In this document: positions 34,790 through 45,630 of the stretch, piece after piece | How positions within the stretch are numbered: the first letter of the stretch is position 1 | How the letters are laid out: each line of letters starts with the position of its first letter | From: an uncultured Gammaproteobacteria bacterium | Lineage (GTDB): Bacteria > Patescibacteriota > Microgenomatia > UBA8517 | NCBI GenBank assembly: GCA_964435575.1 | Contig: CAYSZS010000003.1 | Location: 1 to 46,563, forward strand | Direction of reading: 5' to 3' | DNA: 46,563 nucleotides | Position numbers and translations under genes: made by a program | Notes under the pieces: generated by a model | What the model was told of the DNA's origin: nothing | The model's database searches: none | The model's input: the letters and a program-made list of their open reading frames with translations, nothing else

Positions 34790-35686
34790 TTAGATTGACG
34801 ATTTCGAAACTCTAAAACCTTCCAGTATATTAATTCCCAAATAAACTATCCAGTTAACATAGAAGGGGTAATTTTGAGCAAGATGTTTTTTGTAAAATAA
34901 ACGCATTACTTGAGTACTCGATAAAGAGGCTTTCTTTTTTACTGATTTTTCAGTATTTCCGATCCCTGTTTTTTTGAGACCTGAGGCAGACCCTTTAAAG
35001 TGTGTAATTTTGACATCCGGAATATAAATAACCTTCCACTTCCTTTCTTTTAACTTGTAGCAAAAGTCTATATCCTCACCATTCCAAAAATAATCCTCAT
35101 CAAACCATCCCACCTGCCTACCAGCTTTAGTCCTAATCATAGCAAAGGCGCCCGTTAATGCATCGACTTCATGAATACTATTTAAATCTTTGTAGGTAGT
35201 AGTATATCCGCTGAAAAACTTAGAGCCAGGGAATATATTTGACAATCCAGAAAAATAACAGAAAGCATTCCAAGGTGTTGGAAATCCGCGATGACAAGAA
35301 TAATCTAGTTTACCGTCTGGCAGTTCCACTCGACATGTGACGGCTCCTGCATCAACGTTGTCTCTCATATAATTTAGCACTCTGCTGATTGTTTTCGGAT
35401 AAACTATTGTATCCGGATTTAAAAGAAGCACAAATTCACTTTTAACCTTTTCTAAAGCAACGTTATTCCCAGCCGCAAATCCCAAATTTTTACCAATTTT
35501 TATTACTTTTTTAACCCAAGGAAAATCTTTTTCTACCATTTCCGGAGAACCGTCTGTTGATCCATTATCGGGAACGATAACTTCAAAATCAATTTCTCCT
35601 CTCACTTTCTTTAATGAAAGTAGACAGTCTCGGAGCAAGTCTTTGGTGTTATAATTTAAAATTACAATTGAAAGCTTAGGTCTCAT
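34790..35686 (-). CDS. GT2 glycosyltransferase (WbbL-like)
   Basis: SIVILNYN, DNGSTDGS, NLGFAAGNN, LLNPDT, GEDIDFC; start ATG 35686 overlaps the upstream TGA. Confidence 0.93.
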   Translation of the reverse strand: MRPKLSIVILNYNTKDLLRDCLLSLKKVRGEIDFEVIVPDNGSTDGSPEMVEKDFPWVKKVIKIGKNLGFAAGNNVALEKVKSEFVLLLNPDTIVYPKTISRVLNYMRDNVDAGAVTCRVELPDGKLDYSCHRGFPTPWNAFCYFSGLSNIFPGSKFFSGYTTTYKDLNSIHEVDALTGAFAMIRTKAGRQVGWFDEDYFWNGEDIDFCYKLKERKWKVIYIPDVKITHFKGSASGLKKTGIGNTEKSVKKKASLSSTQVMRLFYKKHLAQNYPFYVNWIVYLGINILEGFRVSKSSI

Positions 35687-36879
35687 TTTCTTTTTGCTAA
35701 CTCTCTGTAAATCGGATCGTGAAGTTTGACTATAGATTCCCAATCAAAATTCTTCTGAACGTGTTTACGACCCGCCTCTCCTATAATTTCAGACAACCTT
35801 TCGTCTTTTAAAAGCATTATAGTCCTTTCAGCAAGGTCAGCTGGCGTATCAGCTATTAATACATTAACTTTATCTGTCAACTTTAAACCTGCTACTCCAA
35901 CGCTTGTCGATATTACAGGTAGTCCTGTTGCCATAGCTTCGAGAATTTTCAACCTTGTACCCCCGGCTCCTTTTATTGGTGCAACCATAACGCTTGCGCG
36001 CCTATATGCATCTCTTGCATCAGGGATATTTTCAGTTACTTCAACATCCTCATTTTTAGAAAGATTCCTTAACCACGACGGCATTTTTCTCCCAACTATC
36101 CAAACTTTTGCATTTTGATAAGACTTCTTTATCCTAGGCCAAACCTCCTCTATCAATATCTTTGCAGCCTCCTCATTTTGCAACCACTCAAAATTAGTCA
36201 CGCCATATAAAATCCTTGGAGGTAGTCTTTTCTCTCTTCTCTTCTCCGCAAAAGATTGACAGTCAACCCCGTTTGGAATAATACCAACTTCTTTTTTAGG
36301 AACAAGCTTAAGCATGGCCCCTTTATCTTCTTCGGATACAGCGAAAAGTCTGTCTGCTTTACTCCAATAATACTTTTCCCAAAACTTAACTTTTAAAACG
36401 TCCTGCATAAAAAATGGTCGCAAAAAAAACGGAATTTCATTTACCACATGATGCTTATAAACATCATGCCAAATAGTCTGCTCAACTAGGATGGTGGGAA
36501 CGCTAGTTTTACCCAAATGCGGCATTACATAGAAAGTTTCAGCATGTATTAAATCGTATTTTTCTCTAAGAATCTCTTTTCTTATAGCTCTTCTTTCCTC
36601 GAGCGACGAATTCCTGATTACAAGAAGCGGGAAAGGGCCAAAAACCGAAAGAAAGATATTTCTTATCGTCCAAGGTTTTTTGGGTCTATAAAAAACTTCA
36701 ACCTTTTTGCAATATTTCTTAAGCTCCGGTATAAACTGCTTTTCACTTTCATCTTTAATTAAAGAAAAAAGAGTAATATCGTGCTTTTTAGCTAAATACT
36801 TAATAATGTTATACCAGCGGGTCTGACCACCACTCATGGTTATCGTAGGAAGATATGGAACGAGCATGAGTATTTTCAT
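35683..36879 (-). CDS. GT4 glycosyltransferase
   Basis: SGGQTR, IPNGVD, GGTRLKILEAMATGLPVIST. Confidence 0.92.
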   Translation of the reverse strand: MKILMLVPYLPTITMSGGQTRWYNIIKYLAKKHDITLFSLIKDESEKQFIPELKKYCKKVEVFYRPKKPWTIRNIFLSVFGPFPLLVIRNSSLEERRAIRKEILREKYDLIHAETFYVMPHLGKTSVPTILVEQTIWHDVYKHHVVNEIPFFLRPFFMQDVLKVKFWEKYYWSKADRLFAVSEEDKGAMLKLVPKKEVGIIPNGVDCQSFAEKRREKRLPPRILYGVTNFEWLQNEEAAKILIEEVWPRIKKSYQNAKVWIVGRKMPSWLRNLSKNEDVEVTENIPDARDAYRRASVMVAPIKGAGGTRLKILEAMATGLPVISTSVGVAGLKLTDKVNVLIADTPADLAERTIMLLKDERLSEIIGEAGRKHVQKNFDWESIVKLHDPIYRELAKRK

Positions 36880-36913
36880 TTATATAATTGCTTCTACAGT
36901 TAGGGTTAAGATG

Positions 36914-36956
36914 CCCGTTTCGGTCACGTTAGACGTCAAACGATTCACGATACGGG
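36914..36956. repeat. intergenic imperfect long hairpin
   Basis: CCCGTTTCG...CGATACGGG outer stem with inner CGTTAGACGTCAAACG near-palindrome. Confidence 0.5.
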
Positions 36957-36983
36957 TTTCGTTACCGTTACCTCTGAAATTAG

Positions 36984-38543
36984 TTATTTATCATTACTCA
37001 ACTTTATAACCACATATTTCTCCGTCTTCTCAATCACTATAAATTCATTCATAAACTCCCTTGTCTGAGGATGGTCCAAATTAACAGATACATAATACTG
37101 GACACCTCTTTCAATAAGCTCGTTAATCGGCCTATCCACAACCGGCCAGCCTTTACGTCTTGTTTGATATAAAAAAGCGGTATCCCCGTTATACGCCGCT
37201 ATTATAACCGCATCTTTTGGCGTTAGCCTATCAACTGCGTCCCCCGCAGCTATAATTTCCGGGTGATTTATTTTATAAAATTCTTTAACTTGAAAAAATC
37301 CAACCAGAAAAAGCATAAGAAGTGAAAAAATTAAGATTCCTCTTACTGCCAACTTATTGAAAACCTTCAAATTCCACATCTCAATAACGCCCGCCCCAAG
37401 AACCAAAGAAATTGAGGGAATTACTATTGTTTGATAATAATCATGTCTTACATTGGCCGTGGCAATCACTCCCATATAAAGTAGCATTCCAAGAAGTAAG
37501 AAATAAAAAAAGACCCTTGTTTTTTTGTATACCATAATCCCGAATGCGAAGGGAATAAGTCCCCAATATCCCAAGATCAACTTTGTAATTCTTTCCCCAA
37601 ATAGCCAGTACCAAAAGGCGGGCTTAAAACGAATATTATCCCCGTTAAGCGTCCATTGCCAAAAAGGAATGCCTTCTGGAAAGTTTTGCATCCAAATTCG
37701 CCAGAGCACAAATGGAACGATTGTTAAGAGCCCTGCGGCAAGTAACCTTTTTTGTCCCAAAATTTTCTTTATTCCAATTTTTTGCGAAACCAAATAAAAA
37801 AGAGGGGGTGTATAAAAAATCGCATATGGTTTTATCAGAAGTGCTAAGGCCATAAAAATTACCGCACCTAGAAGATACAAAGTTTTGTCACTATCAATAA
37901 ACTGTATAAATGACCATAAGGCCAAAAGTGCTAAAGTTACCATCATTGGCTCGGGTAAAATGACGCGGGTGAAGTAAATGTTAAAGGGGATAAAAAGATA
38001 GAAAAAAGCCGAAAATAGTCCTCCCCACTTTGAAATAAACCTTCTTCCTATTAAAAAAATTATGTACGCCGAAACAAGAGCAGAAAAAATTGATAAAAGT
38101 CTTCCCCAAACCTCAAGAGAATACGTCGGAAAAAGTCTAATCAGAAAAAAGTGAGCGGCATTATAAATAGGAAATTCAACAAACCTAAATCCTTGAAGAT
38201 TAAACATTCCGCTTTGGGTCGTAGAATAATCGTGATAGCGGGGGTATAAAAGATTCAAACCATCCTCCAGATAAACTCTTGTAACCGAGGCCGTATCCGA
38301 TTGTCTAAAAGAGTGCCAATCAGCCAGAGGATTTGTGATTCCGTAAAGCCTGACGATGAATCCAATAACTAAAAAGGTAAAAAGTAGAAACTTTATTGGA
38401 ATTTTTGAAAGTATTAAATTAATCCTATTTGTTAATGAAGATTTGCTTAAAAAAAGAAAAATGCTAAAAATTAATAACAAAATAAATACAAAAACCAAGT
38501 CGTAATACTTTGTCAAAAATAATTTTAGTGCTAATTGATTCAT
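36984..38543 (-). CDS. GT-C fold membrane glycosyltransferase (ArnT/PMT-like)
   Basis: multiple TM helices, WHSFRQSDTA, EFPIY, LPEP, LLIKP, HDYY. Confidence 0.82.
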   Translation of the reverse strand: MNQLALKLFLTKYYDLVFVFILLLIFSIFLFLSKSSLTNRINLILSKIPIKFLLFTFLVIGFIVRLYGITNPLADWHSFRQSDTASVTRVYLEDGLNLLYPRYHDYSTTQSGMFNLQGFRFVEFPIYNAAHFFLIRLFPTYSLEVWGRLLSIFSALVSAYIIFLIGRRFISKWGGLFSAFFYLFIPFNIYFTRVILPEPMMVTLALLALWSFIQFIDSDKTLYLLGAVIFMALALLIKPYAIFYTPPLFYLVSQKIGIKKILGQKRLLAAGLLTIVPFVLWRIWMQNFPEGIPFWQWTLNGDNIRFKPAFWYWLFGERITKLILGYWGLIPFAFGIMVYKKTRVFFYFLLLGMLLYMGVIATANVRHDYYQTIVIPSISLVLGAGVIEMWNLKVFNKLAVRGILIFSLLMLFLVGFFQVKEFYKINHPEIIAAGDAVDRLTPKDAVIIAAYNGDTAFLYQTRRKGWPVVDRPINELIERGVQYYVSVNLDHPQTREFMNEFIVIEKTEKYVVIKLSNDK

Positions 38544-39910
38544 TTTTTATTAGTTATCAATGATATTGCCATTCCCATAAATAACCAGAAAATAATTGCA
38601 AATTTTGACGCCTCAAAAACATCTATAAAAATGGCATTTAGAAAAATACCAGGAATTGCTGCAACCATTCCTGAAACAAAAGCCAAATTTAATCCATTGA
38701 AGTACTCCTGTAAAGGAAAAACGCCTAAGAATTCTTTAAAAATAGTTATAAAAATCAAAGAAAAAGAAAGCAGTCCCAAAAAGCCAACCTCTCCTAGTGC
38801 TCTCAAATAATCGTTGTCTGTTGCTAATGTAATAGATGAAAACCCGGTCCCAAGTAGAGGATTTTTAGAAAAAGCACGTATTGCTCTTGGCCATTCAACA
38901 TTGAGCCTAATTGAGCTTGACCTATCTTCAAAAACGGGAACAGGAGTGGGCGTAGGTGAAGGTTTGTCCTTCTTGTATAAAGATTCTTCATCAACCTGCG
39001 CATAAATTTCACCGCTAACCAAATTGTCTATAATTTTCACTTCGAAGACTCTTTCTCTCACGACTCCCCAAATACGTGTGTATCGCTCCTGTAGGTTTGA
39101 CGAAAATCCAATAAAGCTTAGTGATATCAGGAGAACAACCGGAATAACCTTGTATTTCTTTATCAGAACTAATGAAAAAGTGGTTGCGACAAGATAGGAA
39201 ACGAGAGATATACGGGAAGCAGTATTTACCAATAGCCAAAGCGACATAAGCCAGATAGCCAACAGGAATAGTTTCACAAGTTTGTTTTTGAGAATAAAAA
39301 GGCTGGTTATTACAACCGGTAATACCAATACCAAAAAAGTCGCCAGATCGTAATGCCCCGCAAAAGTCGAATTTATATGACTACCCGGCATCCACCTAAG
39401 AGCGACCCCCTTAGAATACTCCTGATTCTGCGTAATTATTATCGGCCATGAAAAATATCTTTGTCCGAAACCGTAAACAAAGGCGAAAAAAATAACCAAA
39501 AAGATTATCTTTAAATAAAAATTTAAATTTCCCGGTTCCCTTTTGATAACCGTCATGCCCAAAAACAAAGGAACAAAATACTCTATACGTCTAAGCCAGT
39601 GCAAAACCCCAATATGCGGGGTAACGGTATGAGTGATAAATGTTGCAGAAAAAAGAGATATTGCCCCTACCACCAAAAATAAAGTAACCGTTCTAAAAAC
39701 ATCGTTTTTGAAAAAGCTTTTTATTCCAGGAAAAAAGAAAGCTAACCAGACGAGAAAACTTATCATAATTAAAACGTCTTCGCCTCTTACCGAAACAAAA
39801 GTCCCGGGTACTCCAATAAACGGGAATTTGGGGTATAAAGGAACCGCAATAATTATTGCGGAAACCAAATATTTTAAAAGAGAATCAGGCGATCTTAAAA
39901 GCTTTCGCAT
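38540..39910 (-). CDS. O-antigen ligase-like (Wzy_C) membrane protein
   Basis: about 10 TM helices, STFAGHYDL, TASR, IRLNVEWPRA, NPLLGTG, DNDYLRALGEVGFLG. Confidence 0.82.
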   Translation of the reverse strand: MRKLLRSPDSLLKYLVSAIIIAVPLYPKFPFIGVPGTFVSVRGEDVLIMISFLVWLAFFFPGIKSFFKNDVFRTVTLFLVVGAISLFSATFITHTVTPHIGVLHWLRRIEYFVPLFLGMTVIKREPGNLNFYLKIIFLVIFFAFVYGFGQRYFSWPIIITQNQEYSKGVALRWMPGSHINSTFAGHYDLATFLVLVLPVVITSLFILKNKLVKLFLLAIWLMSLWLLVNTASRISLVSYLVATTFSLVLIKKYKVIPVVLLISLSFIGFSSNLQERYTRIWGVVRERVFEVKIIDNLVSGEIYAQVDEESLYKKDKPSPTPTPVPVFEDRSSSIRLNVEWPRAIRAFSKNPLLGTGFSSITLATDNDYLRALGEVGFLGLLSFSLIFITIFKEFLGVFPLQEYFNGLNLAFVSGMVAAIPGIFLNAIFIDVFEASKFAIIFWLFMGMAISLITNKK

Positions 39911-40823
39911 ATGTTTTTATGACCTCCCCATCCTTGATAATACCCAAAATGAACATTCTGAGAAGAGCTCCGGATTTTAGAAATACTCGCAGGACTGGAA
40001 ATTGCCAAAAAGGCACATTTTTTTTATAGAAAAGTTTCACTCCTTCATATTCCGAGAGAATCGGATACATAGAGGTCGAACTCGCCCCGCCGAGGTGAGT
40101 TATACCCCAATCCGGCAGATACCAAATTTCCCAACCTGCATTTTTAATCCTGTAACAAAGATCGGTATCTTCGCTGTACATAAAATAGTCTTCATCAAAA
40201 GCTCCAACATCTTTAAGGGCTTTTTTCCTTATTAGCATAAACGCACCGGTTATCCAATCAATTTCTTTTCTGGTTAGATAATATTTAGTGCCTTTATAGA
40301 AAGGCGACTGGCCATGCATCGGATGAAAAGGTTTTATAATTTTGTCCAATATCGGAATGTCGTCTAAAAAAAACATCCAAGAAAAGACGCGTAAAAGGGT
40401 GGGGAAATAGCCACCAGTACCTTGCAAACTTCCATCTTTATTTCGAAGTGCACACGTAGCAGCACCTACTTTGGGATGTTTCCTCATCCACTCAAGCATT
40501 TCTCCAAGTACATTATCATGAACTAAAGTATCAGAATTTAACAAGAGAATATAATTTCCTCCCGCTATCCCCATGCCCTGATTATTTGCTTTGGCAAAGC
40601 CTAAATTCTCTTTATTGACGATTAACTTTGCCATGATACCTACCTGCGAAGACAGTCTTTTAATACTTCTCCTTAACGCTTCCACCGATCCGTCATTTGA
40701 GGCATTATCAATAACTATAATTTCAAGGGATATTCCCTTCGAATTTTTAACTACCGAGTTTATACAGTCTAAGGTAAGTTTTTTTGTTTTGTAATTTAGA
40801 ATAATTATTGAAAGATCGGTCAT
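39885..40823 (-). CDS. GT2 glycosyltransferase (WbbL-like)
   Basis: SIIILNY, DNASNDGS, NLGFAKANN, LLNSDT, FDEDYFMYSEDTDLC. Confidence 0.93.
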   Translation of the reverse strand: MTDLSIIILNYKTKKLTLDCINSVVKNSKGISLEIIVIDNASNDGSVEALRRSIKRLSSQVGIMAKLIVNKENLGFAKANNQGMGIAGGNYILLLNSDTLVHDNVLGEMLEWMRKHPKVGAATCALRNKDGSLQGTGGYFPTLLRVFSWMFFLDDIPILDKIIKPFHPMHGQSPFYKGTKYYLTRKEIDWITGAFMLIRKKALKDVGAFDEDYFMYSEDTDLCYRIKNAGWEIWYLPDWGITHLGGASSTSMYPILSEYEGVKLFYKKNVPFWQFPVLRVFLKSGALLRMFILGIIKDGEVIKTYAKAFKIA

Positions 40824-41368
40824 TTTTTAGCAACTTGCAATAACTCTGTAAAAACCTTTTTATATTCTATATAAATAATGGGAATTATGGAGACTATTAA
40901 AAGACCAGCTAAAACTCTAAAAATTGCCATGCTTGGTGCGTAGCGTACAATTATTTTCTGTCTCCAACTTTTATCACTAACAAAAATCTTATCCTTATCC
41001 AATTTAGGTTCAAATCCGTTTATAAAAAAGGATTCTCGAAAGGGATGAACTAATTCCTCAAGAAAAGTGCTTCTCGCCTGATCGCGTATCAAAACCTGTG
41101 CTTCCTCGGGTGGATAATTTAAACTATAAGTCGGCATATATTTTCCGAAAGGAGTCACATACTTAATCTGTTGTAAATAGTATTTCATCACTTCTTCTCT
41201 TATCAAATCTGTATAGTAACCACGTCGAAAGGCTGTTTCGATATCAGCAGGTTCAAAAGACTGAATAGATTCAGGTAGCTTTTCAGGAAAGTCGGGATTC
41301 GGTAACAGAAGATACATCAAAAAAAACAATGAGCAAATTATATATACAACTTTCACGGTATATTTCAT
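40820..41368 (-). CDS. hypothetical membrane protein (two TM anchors flanking an extracytoplasmic domain)
   Basis: 182 aa; LNYPPEEAQ..IRDQ.RSTFLEELVHPFRES core; coupled to the downstream GT2 gene. Confidence 0.8.
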   Translation of the reverse strand: MKYTVKVVYIICSLFFLMYLLLPNPDFPEKLPESIQSFEPADIETAFRRGYYTDLIREEVMKYYLQQIKYVTPFGKYMPTYSLNYPPEEAQVLIRDQARSTFLEELVHPFRESFFINGFEPKLDKDKIFVSDKSWRQKIIVRYAPSMAIFRVLAGLLIVSIIPIIYIEYKKVFTELLQVAKK

Positions 41369-41386
41369 GAGTAATTATTTAGTACG

Positions 41387-42028
41387 TTATTGAAATAATC
41401 TTGCTCTTCCAAGTTTATAGTGGAGATTTTTAATTTTCCTCTCTCCTATTTTTATTGCAGGGGTACCCGCAACAACTGTAAAATCGTCAACATTCTTAGT
41501 AACAACCGCTCCTGCTGCTACGACAGAGCCTTTTCCTACTTTAACACCAGGTAAAACTATTGCTCTAGGTCCGATAAACACATAATCCCCGATCTCAACA
41601 GATTCAGTTTTAGCTTCGAATCCTTCACTTTCCAAATCGTGTTCGGAATTGTAGATCATAACTTCTGAGGCTAAATCAACATGATTTCCGATTTTAAGAG
41701 GCGCGCGACCGTCTAAAAAAGCGTTGTTTCCTATTTTTGTATCTTCTCCAAGTAAAATTCCTCTGGGTTCAAAAAATTTACATCCCATATGAATTGTCGA
41801 GTTTTCACCAACTTTAACTCCCGCAAGAATAAAAACTATTTTTCTTATACTCCAGAAAGGAATATGCAAACTGACCAGGTGCAGCAGAAACAGCTTCAAA
41901 TCCAAATACCAATTTAAAATACGAACACATGCTTTTTTGAAAGCTTGGTCGGCTGTTAAAATATTGCCGTGTTTATTGGTAAAAACAACCCCCTCCTTAG
42001 TGATTTTGATATTTTCAGAATACATCAT
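41387..42028 (-). CDS. hexapeptide-repeat O-acetyltransferase (WcaF/LacA-like)
   Basis: [41 protein letters not shown]; start ATG 42028 overlaps the upstream TGA. Confidence 0.9.
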   Translation of the reverse strand: MMYSENIKITKEGVVFTNKHGNILTADQAFKKACVRILNWYLDLKLFLLHLVSLHIPFWSIRKIVFILAGVKVGENSTIHMGCKFFEPRGILLGEDTKIGNNAFLDGRAPLKIGNHVDLASEVMIYNSEHDLESEGFEAKTESVEIGDYVFIGPRAIVLPGVKVGKGSVVAAGAVVTKNVDDFTVVAGTPAIKIGERKIKNLHYKLGRARLFQ

Positions 42029-43140
42029 TTTACGGCTTTGGTTAAGACTTCCAGTGTCTTTTTTGCAGTTTTCTGCCAAGAAAACTTTTGAACCTGAGAA
42101 AAACCTCTTTCGGCTAACTTATTATACTCCTTTGAATTCATTTTTAGGACTTTTTTCATCCCTCTTATAATATCCTTAATATCATATGGATCAATATAAA
42201 TACCAGCTTCGCCTCCAACTTCAGGTAGACTGGCTACGTTGCTTAATACAACCGGTGTACCACAGGCCAACGCATTGAGGACGTCCATCCCAAAACCTTC
42301 CCAAAAAGAGGGTAAAACAAATATTTTTGCCCCTTTAATGAGGGCGGGTTTATCGACTTCGGGTACATAATCGGTAAAAATCACGTCTTTTTCAAATCCT
42401 AGATTTTTTACTTTTCGAAAAATTGTTTCGTATAACCACCCTTTCTTACCGGCGATAACAAGTTTATAATCATATTCCTTCCTTATTTCTTTAAATGCAT
42501 CCAGTAAACCCTCTATATTCTTACTGGGTTTTAATGTTGATAAGAAAAGTATATAGTTTTTTGTTATCCTATATTTTTGAAGAGACTGTCGCACAAAATT
42601 ATTGTCGATGTTTTTATTAAAAAGTGCCTTATTATATCCGTGATAAACAACCTTAATCTTATTTGAGGCAAAGGGATAGTGTCGTACAATGTCTTTTGCA
42701 GTATATTTTGAAGGGCAAATGATATATTTTGATATAAATATAGAAATAGCACTCCAATATTTTAACTGCCAAAAATCGTATTTTGTAAATTGTTCCGAAA
42801 ATTTGAGGTATCCAAGGTCATGAATCGTCATCACCTTAGGACAACCAGTAAAAGGGGGTAAATAATGACCCGGACTGAAAAAAACGTCAAGTTTCTCAGT
42901 ATATAGCACTCTAGGCATTAGCCTGGATAACACCCAGAACCTCCCTCCTGGTATTACTTTATATGTCCAAAGATGCGTTTCGGGAGGTAAATCATAAGAT
43001 GGGGGACTTTTTAAATAGATTATATAGCTATTTTTTATATCCTGTAGTTTATAGAGGGCCCATAAGATTTCGAATGCGTATTGATGCACCCCAACTCGCT
43101 CACTTTCGTTTGCCTCATTGCCATCTATTCCTATTATCAT
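42025..43140 (-). CDS. GT4 glycosyltransferase
   Basis: [36 protein letters not shown]. Confidence 0.93.
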   Translation of the reverse strand: MIIGIDGNEANESERVGVHQYAFEILWALYKLQDIKNSYIIYLKSPPSYDLPPETHLWTYKVIPGGRFWVLSRLMPRVLYTEKLDVFFSPGHYLPPFTGCPKVMTIHDLGYLKFSEQFTKYDFWQLKYWSAISIFISKYIICPSKYTAKDIVRHYPFASNKIKVVYHGYNKALFNKNIDNNFVRQSLQKYRITKNYILFLSTLKPSKNIEGLLDAFKEIRKEYDYKLVIAGKKGWLYETIFRKVKNLGFEKDVIFTDYVPEVDKPALIKGAKIFVLPSFWEGFGMDVLNALACGTPVVLSNVASLPEVGGEAGIYIDPYDIKDIIRGMKKVLKMNSKEYNKLAERGFSQVQKFSWQKTAKKTLEVLTKAVK

Positions 43141-43167
43141 AATTATTTATAAACTTATAACTTCATC

Positions 43168-44247
43168 TTATGTTGACTCTTCATAGACTTTTAAAGTTTC
43201 CTTAGCCGTTTTCTCCCAGGAAAAATTTTTAATTCGATTAATACCTAACTTTACAAGTTTATCTCTATTCTTTATAGCTTTTAGGATACCTTCGGTAATC
43301 GAATTAACATCATAAGGATCAATTAAGATTGCAGCTTTTTCTGCAACCTCTGCCATGCTCCCAAAGTTTGAGGTCACAACCGGTGTTTTACAAGTAAAAG
43401 CTTCCAATATCGGGATCCCAAAACCTTCGTAAAGGGAAGGATAGACTAAAACTGTGGCGCCGGAGTAAAAAAGCGGTAAATCCTCATCCGGTATATGATC
43501 TGTAAAAATTACACCTCTTTTCACGCCAAATTCGTGAAATTTATGCCCTATTACGACTAACTTGAGATCGATTTCAGGTTTAATCCTTTCAAATGCTTCG
43601 ATGATTCTGTCTGTATTTTTTCTGGGATTTACACCAACGGCCAAAAGATATTTTCCCTTAATCCTGTACTTTCTTTTCAGCCTTTCTATTTCGATAAATT
43701 TAGCCGGTTTTAAATTAGGATCAACCGCCTCGGGAATGACACGCACTTTCTCTTTACTGATTCCAAATCTTACAGCATCGTTAGCAGTTGTTTCTGAAGG
43801 CACAATTACCCTATCAACTTCTTTTTTAATCCATTTCATCCTGGCACTATGCACGGAAACAATTTTAGAATCTGTCAGTTTAGGAAATTTTATGGGTACT
43901 AAATCGTGTATTGTTGTAACTTTAAAAGCATTTGAGGGTGGCTGCGTCCAGTCAGATGAGTGAAAAACATCGATACCGCCCACCAGCTTTTCGATTGGGA
44001 GAATGTGCAGTTTGTTCCATAAAATGTCGGCAAAGGTTGGAGGAATCGGAAAAATCTTATCCTGAGGGGAATATTTTTTAATGGTATCAATAAATATTCT
44101 TAAATCGCTCCTCCTCCTAAGGGAACCTCCAAACAATATATATTCATTCTCCATATCTATCTTAAGAAGATTTGTAACTAAATTTCTGGAATAGGTAGAA
44201 ACACCAGTTCCGTAAACTATTGGAGAAATATCAATGGCAATTTTCAT
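43168..44247 (-). CDS. GT4 glycosyltransferase
   Basis: IAIDISP, TGVSTY, TIHDL, PRKN, YPSLYEGFGIPILEA; ATG 44247. Confidence 0.93.
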   Translation of the reverse strand: MKIAIDISPIVYGTGVSTYSRNLVTNLLKIDMENEYILFGGSLRRRSDLRIFIDTIKKYSPQDKIFPIPPTFADILWNKLHILPIEKLVGGIDVFHSSDWTQPPSNAFKVTTIHDLVPIKFPKLTDSKIVSVHSARMKWIKKEVDRVIVPSETTANDAVRFGISKEKVRVIPEAVDPNLKPAKFIEIERLKRKYRIKGKYLLAVGVNPRKNTDRIIEAFERIKPEIDLKLVVIGHKFHEFGVKRGVIFTDHIPDEDLPLFYSGATVLVYPSLYEGFGIPILEAFTCKTPVVTSNFGSMAEVAEKAAILIDPYDVNSITEGILKAIKNRDKLVKLGINRIKNFSWEKTAKETLKVYEEST

Positions 44248-44256
44248 AATCAATTA

Positions 44257-45630
44257 TTAATTCGGAACCATGATTTCAGTATCGTCAACTTTTCCTCTAA
44301 CAACATAATGATTGTCAATATACCTACTAATTTCAGGCATGTTTTCTACTAAGTTCATTCCCTGCACACTGGCATTTATGTCCCTTACCACAACTTTGGG
44401 AGGATCATCCATTATACCTTGTAAAATTTTTCCCTCAGCCACTTTCATAAACCAAGGAAACTGGAAAACAAATACTCTACCAGGAGGCAAAGTATCTGTC
44501 AAAAAATAAAGGTGTGGGGTTGTCCCAAAAGCAAATACGCTGTCATCTTCGTCTGAATATTTCCTGACTTCCTTTACAATTCTCACTTCAGTTTCACCGA
44601 AGTAAAACACATTATCCTGTGCGGTCGCCCAACGATAGAATGGTACAAGTAGATAAACCGAACCGATAAAATAGATCGTAAGGTATGCCAATAATAGTTT
44701 CTTGGATAAAAGTGAAAGAAACAAAACAAACATGATTATTGCAAAAGGCAGTGCGGGTTGGATGTGAATAAAGTCGGCTCTTGCGTATGCAAAAGCCAAA
44801 CTTCCGACTAAAAATATTGACAACAGAATATGGCCTTCTATAAATCCTCTTCTCAACTTTGCAAAGACAGCCAGAAAAGCCGGGCCTAGAACCCAAGCAA
44901 ACTTCAAAATATCATGTAGTACCGGATATTTTCTTCCCATTTGGGCAAATGTTGTAACGTTGAAAGTAAAAGTCCAATAAATAAAATCACTCCATATTCC
45001 TAAGTTTGTTACCCACAAAACAAGAAGTATAAGTGGGACCGAAAGTCCAAGAAGAAATTTAATGAAAGCTGACTTCTTTTTAACGACTAAGAACATAGCA
45101 ATTAAAATTAACAACAACACAACAACTTGCTTAAACAAAAGTGCAATTCCCAGAAATATGCCTGAGTAAAGAATATCGTTAGCATTTTTCTTTCTGAGTA
45201 GAAAATAACATGCGAGGAGCAAAAACATAGCTATAAAGGAATCAATCCATAAAACGTATCCTTCAAAAAAGGGCTGCCAAACGAGATACAGGAGGTTAGG
45301 GATTAGGGAATAGAAATTAGTTTTAAATATTTTTTTAGAAATTGAGAAAATGAGAATATGGGTTACAGCAACAACACCCAGTTGCAGGAGTCTGGCTTCT
45401 TGGGGTGTATCTATCCCCAAAGATATCATATTTATTGGAAAAAACATTATTCCCGGAAAGTGCTGATCAAAAATTTGCTTATAGGGAATTAGTCCTTGTT
45501 TCGTTAAGTAAGAGTAGACAAAAAGTTCGGGATACGGAAAAAAGACCAGCTTTTTTAACACATACAAGTGTATACCGATAAGTACAATAAAGCCGTTAAT
45601 CCTGTAAATTACATTCTTACCTTTTATCAT
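44257..45630 (-). CDS. GT-C fold membrane glycosyltransferase-like protein
   Basis: multiple TM helices, LIPYKQIFDQHFPG, LLFKQ, C-terminal soluble domain. Confidence 0.72.
   Translation of the reverse strand: MIKGKNVIYRINGFIVLIGIHLYVLKKLVFFPYPELFVYSYLTKQGLIPYKQIFDQHFPGIMFFPINMISLGIDTPQEARLLQLGVVAVTHILIFSISKKIFKTNFYSLIPNLLYLVWQPFFEGYVLWIDSFIAMFLLLACYFLLRKKNANDILYSGIFLGIALLFKQVVVLLLILIAMFLVVKKKSAFIKFLLGLSVPLILLVLWVTNLGIWSDFIYWTFTFNVTTFAQMGRKYPVLHDILKFAWVLGPAFLAVFAKLRRGFIEGHILLSIFLVGSLAFAYARADFIHIQPALPFAIIMFVLFLSLLSKKLLLAYLTIYFIGSVYLLVPFYRWATAQDNVFYFGETEVRIVKEVRKYSDEDDSVFAFGTTPHLYFLTDTLPPGRVFVFQFPWFMKVAEGKILQGIMDDPPKVVVRDINASVQGMNLVENMPEISRYIDNHYVVRGKVDDTEIMVPN

Noticed and set aside
35108-35127. 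AGRQVG peptide / CCTGCC word in a GT2 as another palindromic insertion
   Set aside because: No complementary arm, and it aligns with the normal xxVGxFDED motif without extra length.
36880-36983. Integron attC/attI site (GTTAGAC and other GTTRRRY-like words)
   Set aside because: No RYYYAAC...GTTRRRY pair in the correct order on one strand, no repeated copies after other genes, and no integrase in the window.
40640-40655. Degenerate hairpin CTGTCT-TCGC-AGGTAG in a GT2 variable loop
   Set aside because: It needs two G-U pairs in a 6-bp stem, too weak to distinguish from chance, though worth rechecking with an element model.
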